Positions 12,530 through 25,699 of a stretch of DNA of 64,000 nucleotides are shown in pieces. Source of the stretch: Euprymna scolopes (taxonomy: Eukaryota); assembly GCA_053919585.1 (NCBI GenBank), contig CM132820.1, one strand, 5' to 3'. How positions within the stretch are numbered: position 1 is the first letter of the stretch; each line of letters opens with the position of its first letter. The translations under genes were made by a program, and so were the position numbers. The notes under the pieces are model-generated. The model made no database searches, was not told where the DNA came from, and saw only the letters and a program-made list of their open reading frames with translations.

Positions 12530-12741
12530 CTCAAATGCCTTTCCGCCAGCTGAGTCCAAGAAATGAACCAAGATAACAATACTAGCAGAACAAGTAGAAG
12601 CAGCCCGAAAACTAACACAATGCAAGTGCTCTTCCACATATTGTTGGCTGATTTAACCGCCTGCCTCCAGATATTTTCTTCGGCTCCCGTTATAAATCCC
12701 GCATTTCGAGCTACTATTCTATTTCCGTGTCTTAGAAATTT
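12530..12741 (-). CDS. Candidate coding exon encoding a single transmembrane/signal-anchor helix
   Basis: Open frame ...AVKSANNMWKSTCIVLVFGLLLLVLLVLLSWFISWTQLAERHL(R). The 23-aa hydrophobic run uses varied Leu/Val codons (ctg ctt cta ttg tta gtt gta), so it is not a simple repeat. The frame ends at a donor GAG|GTAAAG (12530/12529, phase 2). A possible acceptor tttcAG| lies at 12742 and an ATG at 12639. Confidence 0.45.
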
Positions 12742-12754
12742 CTGAAACTCCAAA

Positions 12755-12804
12755 TGGCTTATGTACTTTCAGCTTCAGCTCACTCCTGCAGCAAATAACT
12801 CTAG
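12755..12804 (+). repeat. Two degenerate edge monomers of the 26-bp satellite
   Basis: 12779-12804 (ctcactcctgcagcaaataactctag) is exactly 26 bp and in register with the array. 12755-12778 (tggcttatgtactttcagcttcag) is a more decayed copy. Confidence 0.8.
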
Positions 12805-13999
12805 CTCACTACTGCAGCTTTCAGCTTTGGCTCACTACTGCAGCTTTCAGCTTTGGCTCACTATTGCAGCTTTCAGCTTTGTCTCACTACTTCAGCTTTC
12901 AGTTTTGACTCACTACTGCAGCTTTCAGCTTTGACTCACTATTGCAGCTTTCAGCTTTGGCACACTACTGTAGCTTTCAGCGTTGGCTCACTACTGCAGC
13001 TTTCAGCTTTGGCTCACTACTGTAGCTTTCAGTTTTGGCACACTACTGTAGCTTTCAGCTTTGTCTCACTACTGCAGCTTTCAGCTTTGTCTCACTACTG
13101 CAGCTTTCAGCTTTTTCTCACAACTGCAGCTTTCAGCTTTGTCTCACTACTGCAGCTTTCAGCTTTGGCTCACTACTGCAGCTTTCAGCTTTGGCTCACT
13201 ACTGTAGCTTTCAGCTTTGGCTCACTACTGCAGCTTTCAGCTTTGTCTCACTACTGCAGCTTTCAGCTTTGGCTCACTACTGCAGCTTTCAGCTTTGGCT
13301 CACTACTGCAGCTTTCAGCTTTGTCTCACTACTGCAGCTTTCAGCTTTGGCTCACTACTGCAGCTTTCAGCTTTGGCTCACTACTGCAGCTTTAAGCTTT
13401 GTCTCACTACTGCAGCTTTCAGCTTTGGCTCACTACTGCAGCTTTCAGCTTTGGCTCACTACTGCAGCTTTAAGCTTTGTCTCACTACTGCAGCTTTCAG
13501 CTTTGGCTCACTACTGCAGCTTTCAGCTTTGTCTCACTACTGCAGCTTTCAGCTTTGGCACACTACTGTAGCTTTCAGCTTTGTCTCACTACTGCAGCTT
13601 TCAGCTTTGTCTCACTACTGCAGCTTTCAGCTTGGTCTCACTACTGCAGCTTTCAGCTTTGTCTCACTACTGCAGATTTCAGGTTAGGCTCACTACTGTA
13701 GCTGTCAGCTTTGTCTCACTACTGCAGCTTTCAGCTTTGGCTCACTACTGCAGCTTTCAGCTTTGGCTCACTACTGCAGCTTTCAGCTTTGTCTCATTAC
13801 TGCATCTTCCAGCTTTGTCTCACTACTGCAGCTTTCAGCTTTGGCTCACTACTGCAGCTTTCAGCTTTGTCTCACTACTGTAGCTTTCAGCTTTGGCTCA
13901 CTACTGCAGCTTTCAGCTTTGTCTCACTACTGTAGCTTTCAGCTTTGGCACACTACTGTAGCTTTCAGCTTTGGCTCACTACTGCAGCTTTCAGCTTTG

Positions 14000-16900
14000 T
14001 CTCACTACTGTAGCTTTCAGCTTTGGCTCACTACTGTAGCTTTATGCTTTGTCTCACTACTGTAGCTTTCAGCTTTGGCTCACTACTGTAGCTTTCAGCT
14101 TTGTCTCACTACTGTAGCTTTAAGCTTTGGCTCACTACTGCAGCTTTCAGCTTTGGCTCACTACTGAAGCTTTCAGCTTTGTGCCACTACTGTAGCTTTC
14201 AGCTTTGGCACACTACTGCAGCTTTCAGCTTTGGCTCACTACTGCAGCTTTCAGCTTTGTCTCACTACTGTAGCTTTCAGCTTTGTCTGACTACTGTAGC
14301 TTTCAGCTTTTGCACACTACTGTAGCTTTCAGCTTTGGCTCACTACTGTAGCTTTCAGCTTTGGCTCACTACTGCAGCTTTCAGCTTTGGCTCACTACTG
14401 CAGCTTTCAGATTGGCTCACTACTGCAGCTTTAAGCTTTGGCTCACTACTGCAGCTTTCAGCTTTGGCTCACTACTGTAGCTTTCAGCTTTGGCTCACTA
14501 CTGCAGCTTTCAGCTTTGTCTCACTACTGCAGCTTTCAGCTTTGGCTCACTACTGCAGCTTTCAGCTTTGGCTCACTACTGCAGCTTTCAGCTTTGGCAC
14601 ACTACTGTAGCTTTCAGCTTTGTCTCACTACTGCAGCTTTCAGCTTTGTCTCACTACTGCAGCTTTCAGCTTTGGCTCACTACTGCAGCTTTCAGCTTTG
14701 GCTCACTACTGTAGCTTTCAGCTTTGTCTCACTACTGCAGCGTTCAGCTTTGGCTAACTTCTGTAGCTTTCAGCTTTGGCTCACTACTGCAGCTTTCAGC
14801 TTTGGTTCACTACTGTAGCTTTCAGCTTTGTCTCACTACTGCAGCTTTCAGCTTTGTCTCACTACTGCAGCTTTCAGCTTTGTCTCACTACTGCAGCTTT
14901 CAGCTATGGCTCACTACTGCAGCTTTCAGCTTTGGCTCACTACTGTAGCTTTCAGCTTTGGCTCACTACTGCAGCTTTCAGCTTTGTCTCACTACTGCAG
15001 CTTTCAGCTTTGGCTCACTACTGCAGCTTTCAGCTTTGGCTCACTACTGCAGCTTTCAGCTTTGTCTCACTACTGTAGCTTTAAGCTTTGGCTCACTACT
15101 GTAGCTTTCAGCTTTGGCTCACTACTGTAGCTTTCAGCTTTGGCTCACTACTGTAGCTTTATAATTTGGCTAACTACTGCAGCTTTCAGCTTTGGCTCAC
15201 TACTGTAGATTTCAGCTTTGTCTCACTACTGTAGCTTTCAGCTTTGTCTCACTACTGCAGCTTTCAGCTTTGGCTCACTACTGCAGCTTTCAGCTTTGTC
15301 TCACTACTGTAGATTTCAGCTTTGTCTCACTACTGCAGCTTTCAGCTTTGTCTCACTACTGCAGCTTTCAGCTTTGGCAAACTACTGCAGCTTTCAGCTT
15401 TGTCTCACTACTGCAGCTTTAAGCTTTGGCTCACTACTGTAGCTTTCAGCTTTGGCTCACTACTGCAGCTTTCAGCTTTGGCCCACTACTGCAGCTTTCA
15501 GCTTTGTCTCACTACTGTAGCTTTCAGCTTTGGCTCACTACTATAGCTTTCAGCTTTGGCTCACTACTGTAGCTTTCAGCTTTGTCTCACTACTGTAGCT
15601 TTCATCTTTGGCTCACTACTGTAGCTTTCAGCTTTGGCTCACTACTGTAGCTGTCAGCTTTGTCTCACTACTGTAGCTTTCAGCTTTGGCTCACTACTGT
15701 AGCTTTCAGCTTTGTCTCACTACTGTAGCTTTAAGCTTTGGCTCACTACTGCAGCTTTCAGCTTTGGCTCACTACTGCAGCTTTCAGCTTTGTGTCACTA
15801 CTGTAGCTTTCAGCTTTGGCACACTACTGCAGCTTTCAGCTTTGGCTCACTACTGCAGCTTTCAGCTTTGGCTCACTACTGTAGCTTTCAGCTTTGTCTC
15901 ACTACTGTAGCTTTTAGCTTTTGCACACTACTGTAGCTTTCAGCTTTGGCTCACTACTGTAGCTTTCAGCTTTGGCTCACTACTGCAGCTTTCAGCTTTG
16001 GCTCACTACTGCAGCTTTCAGCTTTGGCTCACTACTGCAGCTTTCAGCTTTGGCTCACTACTGTAGCTTTCAGCTTTGGCTCACTACTGTAGCTTTCAGC
16101 TTTGGCTCACTATAGCAGCTTTCAGCTTTGTCTCACTACTGCAGCTTTCAGCTTTGGATCACTACTGCAGCTTTCAGCTTTGGCTCACTACTGCAGCTTT
16201 CAGATTTGGCACACTACTGTAGCTTTCAGCTTTGTCTCACTACTGCAGCTTTCAGCTTTGTCTCACTACTGCAGCTTTCAGCTTTGGCTCACTACTGTAG
16301 CTTTCAGCTTTGGCTCACTACTGTAGCTTTCAGCTTTGTCTCACTACTGCAGCTTTCAGCTTTGGCTCACTTCTGTAGCTTTCAGCGTTGGCTCACTACT
16401 GCAGCTTTCAGCTTTGGCTCACTACTGTAGCTTTCAGCTTTGTCTATCTACTGCAGCTTTCAGCTTTGCCTCACTACTGCAGCTTTCAGCTTTGTCTCAC
16501 TACTGCAGCTTTCAGCTATGGCTCACTACTGCAGCTTTTAGCTTTGTCTCACTACTGTAGCTTTCAGCTTTGGCTCACTACTGCAGCTTTCAGCTTTGTC
16601 TCACTACTGCAGCTTTCAGCTTTGGCTCACTACTGCAGCTTTCAGCTTTGGCTCACTACTGCAGCTTTCAGCTTTGTCTCACTACTGTAGCTTTAAGCTT
16701 TGGCTCACTACTGTAGCTTTCAGCTTTGGCTCACTACTGTAGCTTTCAGCTTTGGCTCACTACTGTAGCTTTATGCTTTGGCTCACTACTGCAGCTTTCA
16801 GCTTTGGCTCACTACTGTAGATTTCAGCTTTGTCTCACTACTGTAGCTTCAGCTTTGTCTCACTACTGCAGCTTTCAGCTTTGGCTCACTACTGCAGCTT

Positions 16901-17200
16901 TCAGCTTTGGCTCACTACTGCAGCTTTCAGCTTTGTCTCACTACTGCAGCTTTAAGCTTTGGCTCACTACTGTAGCTTTCAGCTTTGGCTCACTACTGCA
17001 GCTTTCAGCTTTGTCTCACTACTGCAGCTTTCAGCTTTGGCTCACTACTGCAGCTTTCAGCTTTGTCTCACTACTGCAGCTTTCAGCTTTGTCTCACTAC
17101 TGTAGCTTTCAGCTTTGGCTCACTACTATAGCTTTCAGCTTTGGCTCACTACTGTAGCTTTCAGCTTTGTCTCACTACTGTAGCTTTCATCTTTGGCTCA
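14000..17200 (+). repeat. Higher-order duplication, period 1611/1612 bp (62 monomers)
   Basis: Marker ttttgcacac at ~14311 and ~15922. ORF-track pairs 14101/15712, 14490/16102 and 14724/16336. Boundaries are approximate. Confidence 0.8.
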
Positions 17201-18199
17201 CTACTGTAGCTTTCAGCTTTGGCTCACTACTGTAGCTTTCAGCTTTGTCTCACTACTGTAGCTTTCAGCTTTGGCTCACTACTGTAGCTTTCAGCTTTGG
17301 CTCACTACTGTAGCTTTCAGCTATGTCTCACTACTGTAGCTTTCAGCTTTGTCTCACTACTGCAGCTTTCATCTTTGGCTCACTACTGCAGCTTTCAGCT
17401 TTGGCTCACTACTGTAGCTTTCAGCTTTGTCTCACTACTGTAGCTTTCATCTTTGGCTCACTACTGTAGCTTTCAGCTTTGGCTCACTACTGTAGCTTTC
17501 AGCTTTGTCTCACTACTGTAGCTTTCAGCTTTGTCTCACTACTGCAGAGTTCAGCTTTGTCTCAATACTGTAGCTTTCAGCTTTGTCTACCTACTGTAGC
17601 TTTCATCTTTGGCTCACTACTGTAGCTTTCAGCTTTAGCTCACTACTGTAGCTTTCAGCTTTGTCTCACTACTGTAGCTTTCATCTTTGGGTCACTACTG
17701 TAGCTTTCAGCTTTGGCTCACTACTGTAGCTTTCAGCTTTTGCTCACTACTGTAGCTTTCAGCTTTGGCTCACTACTGTAGCTTTCAGCTTTGGCTCACT
17801 ACTGCAGCTTTCAGCTTTGGCTCACTACTGTAGCTTTCAGCTTTGGCTCACTACTGTATCTTTCAGCTTTGGCTCACTACTGCAGCTTTCAGCTTTGGCT
17901 CACTACTGTAGCTTTCGGCTTTGTCTCACTACTGTAGCTTTCAGCTTTGGCTCACTACTGCAGCTTTTAGCTTTGGCTCACTACTGTAGCTTTCAGCTTT
18001 GTCTCACTACTGTAGCTTTCAGCTTTGGCTCACAACTGTAGCTTTCAGCTTTGGCTCACTACTGCAGCTTTCAGCTTTGGCTCACTACTGTAGCTTTCAG
18101 CTTTGTCTCACTACTGCAGCTTTCAGCTTTGGCTCACTACTGCAGCTTTCAGCTTTGGCTCACTACTGCAGCTTTCAGCTTTGGCTCACTACTGCAGCT

Positions 18200-21100
18200 T
18201 TCAGCTTTGGCTAACTACTGCAGCTTTCAGCTTTGGCTCACTACTGCAGCTTTCAGCTTTGTCTCACTACTGCAGCTTTCAGCTTTGGCTCACTACTGCA
18301 GCTTTCAGCTTTGGCTCACTACTGCAGCTTTCAGCTTTGTCTCACTACTGTAGCTTTCAGCTTTGGCTCACTACTGTAGCTTTCAGCTTTGGCTCACTAC
18401 TGTAGCTTTCAGCTTTGTCTCACTACTGTAGCTTTCATCTTTGGCTCACTACTGTAGCATTCAGCTTTGGCTCACTACTGTAGCTTTCAACTTTGGCTCA
18501 CTACTGTAACTTTCATCTTTGGCTCACTACTGTAGCTTTCATCTTTGGCTCACTACTGTAGCTTTCAGCGTTGTCTCACTACGGTAGCTTTCAGCTTTGT
18601 CTAACTACTGCAGCTTTCATCTTTGGCTCACTACTGCAGCTTTCAGCTTTGGCTCACTACTGTAGCTTTCAGCTTTGTCTCACTACTGTAGCTTTCATCT
18701 TTGGCTCACTACTGTAGCTTTCAGCTTTGGCTCACGACTGTAACTTTCAGCTTTGTCTCACTACTGTAGCTTTCAGCTTTGTCTAACTACTGCAGCTTTC
18801 AGCTTTGGCTCACTACTGTAGCTTTCAGCTTTGTCTCACTACTGTAGCTTTCAGCTTTGTCTCACTACTGCAGCTTTCAGCTTTGGCTCACTACTGTAGC
18901 TTTCAGCTTTGTCTCACTACTGTAGCTTTCAGCTTTAGCTCACTACTGTAGCTTTCAGCTTTGGCTCACTACTGTAGCTTTCAGCTTTGGCTCACTACTG
19001 TAGCTTTCAGCTTTGTCTCACTACTGTAGCTTTCAGCTTTGTCTCACTACTGCAGCTTTCAGCTTTGGCTCACTACTGTAGCTTTCAGCTTTGTCTCACT
19101 ACTGTTGCTTTCAGCTTTGTCTCACTACTGCAGCTTTCAGCTTTTGCTCACTACTGTAGCTTTCAGCTTTGTCTCACTACTGTAGCCTTCATCTTTGGCT
19201 CACTACTGTAGCTTTCAGCTTTGGCTAACTACTGTAGCTTTCAGCTTTGTCTCACTACTGTAGCTTTCAGCTTTGTCTCACTACTGCAGCTTTCAGCTTT
19301 GGCTCACTACTGCAGCTTTTAGCTTTGTCTCACTACTGCAGCTTTAATCTTTAGCTACCTACTGCAGCTTTCAGCTTTGGCTCACTACTGCAGCTTTCAG
19401 CTTTGTCTCACTACTGTAGCTTTCAGCTTTGTCTCACTACTGCAGCTTTCAGCTTTGGCTCACTACTGCAGCTTTCAGCTATGTCTCACTTCTGCAGCTT
19501 TCAGCTTTGGCTCACTACTGCAGCTTTCAGCTTTGTCTCACTACTGTAGATTTCAGTTTTGTCTCACTACTGTAGCTTTCATCTTTGACTCAATATTGTA
19601 GCTTTAAGCTTTGTCTCACTACTGTAGCTGTCAGCTTTGTCTCACTACTGCAGCTTTCAGCTTTGTCTGACTACTGTAGCTTTCAGCTTTGTCTAACTAC
19701 TGTAGCTTTCAGCTTTTGCTCACTACTGTAGCTTTCAGCTTTGTCTCACTACTGTAGCTTTCAGCTTTGTCTCACTACTGCAGCTTTAAGCTTTGGCTCA
19801 CTACTGTAGCTTTCAGCTTTGTCTCACTACTGTAGCTTTCAGCTTTGTCTCACTACTGCAGCTTTCAGCTTTGGCTAACTACTGTAGCTTTCAGCTTTGT
19901 CTCACTACTGTATCTTTCAGCTTTGTCTCACTACTGCAGCTTTCAGCTTTGGCTCACTACTGCAGCTTTCAGCTTTGTCTCACTACTGCAGCTTTCAGCT
20001 TTGGCTCACTACTGCAGCTTTCAGCTTTGTCTCACTACTGCAGCTTTCAGCTTTGTCTCACTACTGCAGCTTTCAGCTTTGGCTCACTACTGCAGCTTTC
20101 AGCTTTGGCTCACTACTGCAGCTTTCAGCTTTGTCTCACTACTGTAGCTTTCAGCTTTGTCTCACAACTGTAGCTTTCATCTTTGGCTCACTACTGTAGC
20201 TTTCAGCTTTGGCACACTACTGTAGCTTTCAGCTTTGTCTCACTACTGTAGCTTTCAGCTTTGGCTCACTACTGTAGCTTTCAGCTTTGGCTCACTACTG
20301 TAGCTTTCAGCTTTGGCTCACTACTGTAGCTTTAAGCTTTGGCTCACTACTGTAGCTTTCAGCTTTGGCTCACTACTGCAGCTTTCAGTTTTGGCTCACT
20401 ACTGTAGCTTTCAGCTTTGGCTCACTACTGTAGCTTTCAGCTTTGTCTCACTACTGCAGCTTTCAGCTTTGGCTCACTACTGTAGCTTTCAGCTTTGTCT
20501 CACTACTGTAGCCTTCAGCTTTGGCTCACTACTGCAGCTTTTAGCTTTGGCTCACTATTTAGATTTCAGCTTTGTCTCACTACTGTAGCTTTCAGCTTTG
20601 GCTCACTACTGTAGCTTTCAGCTTTGGCTCACTACTGCAGCTTTCAGCTTTGGCTCACTACTGTAGCTTTTAGCTTTGGCTCACTACTGCAGCTTTCAGC
20701 TTTGGCTCACTACTGCAGCTTTCAGCTTTGGCTCACTACTGCAGCTTTCAGCTTTGGCTCACTACTGCAGCTTTCAGCTTTGGCTCACTACTGTAGCTTT
20801 CAGCTTTGGCTCACTACTGCAGCTTTCAGCTTTGTCTCACTACTGCAGCTTTCAGCTTTGGCTCACTACTGCAGCTTTCAGCTTTGGCTCACTACTGCAG
20901 CTTTCAGCTTTGTCTCACTACTGTAGCTTTCAGCTTTGGCTGACTACTGTAGCTTTAAGCTTTGGCTCACTACTGTAGCTTTCAGCTTTGTCTCACTACT
21001 GTAGCTTTCATCTTTGGCTCACTACCGTAGCTTTCATCTTTGGCTCACTACTGTAGCTTTCAACTTTGTCTCACTACTGTAGCTTTCATCTTTGGCTCAC

Positions 21101-24100
21101 TACTGTAGCTATCAGCTTTGGCTCACTACTGTAGCTTTCAGCTTAGTCTCACTACGGTAGCTCTCAGCTTTGTCTCACTACTGCAGCTTACAGCTTTGTT
21201 TCACTACTGTAGCTTTCAGCTTTGTCTCACTACTGCAGCTTTCAGCTTTGGCTCACTACTGTAGCTTTCAGCTTTGTCTCACTACTGTAGCTTTCAGCTT
21301 TGGCTCACTACTGTAGCTTTCAGCTTTGTCTCACTACTGTAGCTTTCAGCTATGTCTCACTACTGCAGCTTTCAGCTTTGGCTCACTACTGTAGCTTTCA
21401 GCTTTGTCTAACTTCTGTAGCTTTCAGCTTTGTCTCACTACTGCAGCTTTCAGCTTTGGCTCACTACTGCAGCTTTCAGCTTTGGCTCACTACTGCAGCT
21501 TTCAGCTTTGGCTCACTACTGTAGCTTTCAGCTTTGTCTCACTACTGTAGCTTTCAGCTTTGGCTCACTACTGTAGCTTTCAGCTTTGTCTCACTACTGT
21601 AGCTTTCAGCTATGTCTCACTACTGCAGCTTTCAGCTTTGGCTCACTACTGTAGCTTTCAGCTTTGTCTAACTTCTGTAGCTTTCAGCTTTGTCTCACTA
21701 CTGCAGCTTTCAGCTTTGGCTCACTACTGCAGCTTTCAGCTTTGGCTCACTACTGCAGCTTTCAGCTTTGGCTAACTACTGCAGCTTTCAGCTTTGGCTC
21801 ACTACTGCAGCTTTCAGCTTTGTCTCACTACTGCAGCTTTCAGCTTTGGCTCACTACTGCAGCTTTCAGCTTTGGCTCACTACTGCAGCTCTCAGCTTTG
21901 TCTCACTACTGTAGCTTTCAGCTTTGGCTCACTACTGTAGCTTTCAGCTTTGGCTCACTACTGTAGCTTTCAGCTTTGTCTCACTATTGTAGCTTTCATC
22001 TTTGGCTCACTACTGTAGCATTCAGCTTTGGCTCACTACTGTAGCTTTCAACTTTGGCTCACTACTGTAACTTTCATCTTTGGCTCACTACTGTAGCTTT
22101 CATCTTTGGCTCACTACTGTAGCTTTCAGCTTTGTCTCACTACGGTAGCTTTCAGCTTTGTCTAACTACTGCAGTTTTCATCTTTGGCTCACTACTGCAG
22201 CTTTCAGCTTTGGCTCACTACTGTAGCTTTCAGCTTTGTCTCACTACTGTAGCTTTCATCTTTGGCTCACTACTGTAGCTTTCAGCTTTGGCTCACGACT
22301 GTAACTTTCAGCTTTGTCTCACTACTGTAGCTTTCAGCTTTGTCTAACTACTGCAGCTTTCAGCTTTGGCTCACTACTGTAGCTTTCAGCTTTGTCTCAC
22401 TACTGTAGCTTTCAGCTTTGGCTCACTACTGTAGCTTTCAGCTTTGTCTCACTACTGTAGCTTTCAGCTTTGTCTCACTACTGCAGCTTTCAGCTTTGGC
22501 TCACTACTGTAGCTTTCAGCTTTGTCTCACTACTGTAGCTTTCAGCTTTGTCTCACTACTGCAGCTTTCAGCTTTGGCTCACTACTGTAGCTTTCAGCTT
22601 TGTCTCACTACTGTAGCTTTCAGCTTTAGCTCACTACTGTAGCTTTCAGCTTTGGCTCACTACTGTAGCTTTCAGCTTTGGCTCACTACTGTAGCTTTCA
22701 GCTTTGTCTCACTACTGTAGCTTTCAGCTTTGTCTCACTACTGCAGCTTTCAGCTTTGGCTCACTACTGTAGCTTTCAGCTTTGTCTCACTACTGTTGCT
22801 TTCAGCTTTGTCTCACTACTGCAGCTTTCAGCTTTTGCTCACTACTGTAGCTTTCAGCTTTGTCTCACTACTGTAGTCTTCATCTTTGGCTCACTACTGT
22901 AGCTTTCAGCTTTGGCTAACTACTGTAGCTTTCAGCTTTGTCTCACTACTGTAGCTTTCAGCTTTGTCTCACTACTGCAGCTTTCAGCTTTGGCTCACTA
23001 CTGCAGCTTTCAGCTATGTCTCACTTCTGCAGCTTTCAGCTTTGGCTCACTACTGCAGCTTTCAGCTTTGTCTCACTACTGTAGCTTTCAGCTTTGTCTC
23101 ACTACTGCAGCTTTCAGCTTTGGCTCACTACTGCAGCTTTCAGCTATGTCTCACTTCTGCAGCTTTCAGCTTTGGCTCACTACTGCAGCTTTCAGCTTTG
23201 TCTCACTACTGTAGCTTTCAGCTTTGTCTCACTACTGTAGCTTTCATCTTTGGCTCACTACTGTAGCTTTAAGCTTTGTCTCACTACTGTAGCTGTCAGC
23301 TTTGTCTCACTACTGCAGCTTTCAGCTTTGTCTGACTACTGTAGCTTTCAGCTTTGTCTAACTACTGTAGCTTTCAGCTTTTGCTCACTACTGTAGCTTT
23401 CAGCTTTGTCTCACTACTGTAGCTTTCAGCTTTGTCTCACTACTGCAGCTTTAAGCTTTGGCTCACTACTGTAGCTTTCAGCTTTGTCTCACTACTGTAG
23501 CTTTCAGCTTTGTCTCACTACTGCAGCTTTCAGCTTTGGCTCACTACTGTAGCTTTCAGCTTTGTCTCACTACTGTACTTTTCAGCTTTGTCTCACTACT
23601 GCAGCTTTCAGCTTTGGCTCACTACTGCAGCTTTCAGCTTTGTCTCACTACTGCAGCTTTCAGCTTTGGCTCACTACTGCAGCTTTCAGCTTTGTCTCAC
23701 TACTGCAGCTTTCAGCTTTGTCTCACTACTGCAGCTTTCAGCTTTGGCTCACTACTGCAGCTTTCAGCTTTGGCTCACTACTGCAGCTTTCAGCTTTGTC
23801 TCACTACTGTAGCTTTCAGCTTTGTCTCACAACTGTAGCTTTCATCTTTGGCTCACTACTGTAGCTTTCAGCTTTGGCACACTACTGTAGCTTTCAGCTT
23901 TGTCTCACTACTGTAGCTTTCAGCTTTGGCTCACTACTGTAGCTTTCAGCTTTGGCTCACTACTGTAGCTTTCAGCTTTGGCTCACTACTGTAGCTTTAA
24001 GCTTTGGCTCACTACTGTAGCTTTCAGCTTTGGCTCACTACTGCAGCTTTCAGTTTTGGCTCACTACTGTAGCTTTCAGCTTTGGCTCACTACTGTAGCT

Positions 24101-25000
24101 TTCAGCTTTGTCTCACTACTGCAGCTTCCAGCTTTGGCTCACTACTGTAGCTTTCAGCTTTGTCTCACTACTGTTGCCTTCAGCTTTGGCTCACTACTGC
24201 AGCTTTTAGCTTTGGCTCACTACTGTAGATTTCAGCTTTGTCTCACTACTGTAGCTTTCAGCTTTGGCTCACTACTGTAGCTTTCAGCTTTGGCTCACTA
24301 CTGCAGCTTTCAGCTTTGGCTCACTACTGCAGCTTTCAGCTTTGGCTCACTACTGCAGCTTTCAGCTTTGGCTGACTACTGCAGCTTTCAGCTTTGTCTC
24401 ACTACTGTAGCTTTCATCTTTGGCTGACTACTGTAGCTTTAAGCTTTGGCTCACTACTGTAGCTTTCAGCTTTGTCTCACTACTGTAGCTTTCATCTTTG
24501 GCTCACTACCGTAGCTTTCATCTTTGGCTCACTACTGTAGCTTTCAACTTTGTCTCACTACTGTAGCTTTCATCTTTGGCTCACTACTGTAGCTATCAGC
24601 TTTGGCTCACTACTGTAGCTTTCAGCTTTGTCTCACTACGGTAGCTCTCAGCTTTGTCTCACTACTGCAGCTTACAGCTTTGTCTCACTACTGTAGCTTT
24701 CAGCTTTGTCTCACTACTGCAGCTTTCAGCTTTGGCTCACTACTGTAGCTTTCAGCTTTGTCTCACTACTGTAGCTTTCAGCTTTGTCTCACTACTGTAG
24801 CTTTCAGCTTTGTCTCACTACTGTAGCTTTCAGCTATGTCTCACTACTGCAGCTTTCAGCTTTGGCTCACTACTGTAGCTTTCAGCTTTGTCTCACTACT
24901 GTAGCTTTCAGCTTTGTCTCACTACTGCAGCTTTCAGCTTTGGCTCACTACTGTAGGATTCAGCTTTGTCTCACTACTGTAGCTTTCATCTTTGGCTCAC
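18200..25000 (+). repeat. Older higher-order duplication, period ~3.5-3.7 kb (134-142 monomers)
   Basis: Markers gtagcattc 18458/22019 (3561), tctgac...tctaac 19668/23333 (3665), ctaccgtag 21025/24509 (3484); ORF pair 18987/22678 (3691). Boundaries are approximate. Confidence 0.8.
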
Positions 25001-25699
25001 TACTGTAGCTTTCAGCTTTGGCTCACTACTGTAGCTTTCAGCTTTGGCTCACTACTGTAGCTTTCAGCTTTGTCTCACTACTGTAGCTTTCAGCTTTGTC
25101 TCACTACTGCAGCTTTCAGCTTTGGCTCACTACTGTAGCTTTCAGCTTTGTCTCACTACTGTAGCTTTCAGCCTTGTCTCACTACTGCAGCTTTCAGCTT
25201 TGGCTCACTACTGTAGCTTTCAGCTTTGTCTCACTACTGTAGCGTTCATCTTTGGCTCACTACTGTAGCTTTCATCTTTGGCTCACTACTGTAGCTTTCA
25301 GCTTTGTCTCACTACTGTAGCTTTCAGCTTTGTCTCACTACTGCAGCTTTCAGCTTTGGCTCACTACTGCAGCTTTCAGCTTTGTCTCACTACTGTAGCT
25401 TTCATCTTTGGCTACCTACTGCAGCTTTCAGCTTTTGCTCACTACTGCAGCTTTCAGCTTTGTCTCACTACTGTAGCTTTAAGCTTTGTCTCACTACTGC
25501 AGCTTTCAGCTTTGGCTCACTACTGCAGCTTTCAGCTTTGTCTCACTACTGCAGCTTTCAACTTTGGCTCACTACTGCAGCTTTCAGCTTTGTCTCACTA
25601 CTGTAGCTTTCAGCTTTGTCTCACTACTGTAGCTTTCATCTTTGGCTCACTACTGTAGCTTTCAGCTTTGTCTCACTACTGTAGCTTTCAGCTTTGTCT

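Noticed and set aside
12563-12745. Plus-strand 60-aa ORF MNQDNNTSRTS...
   Set aside because: It is the antisense shadow of the better-supported minus-strand transmembrane exon.
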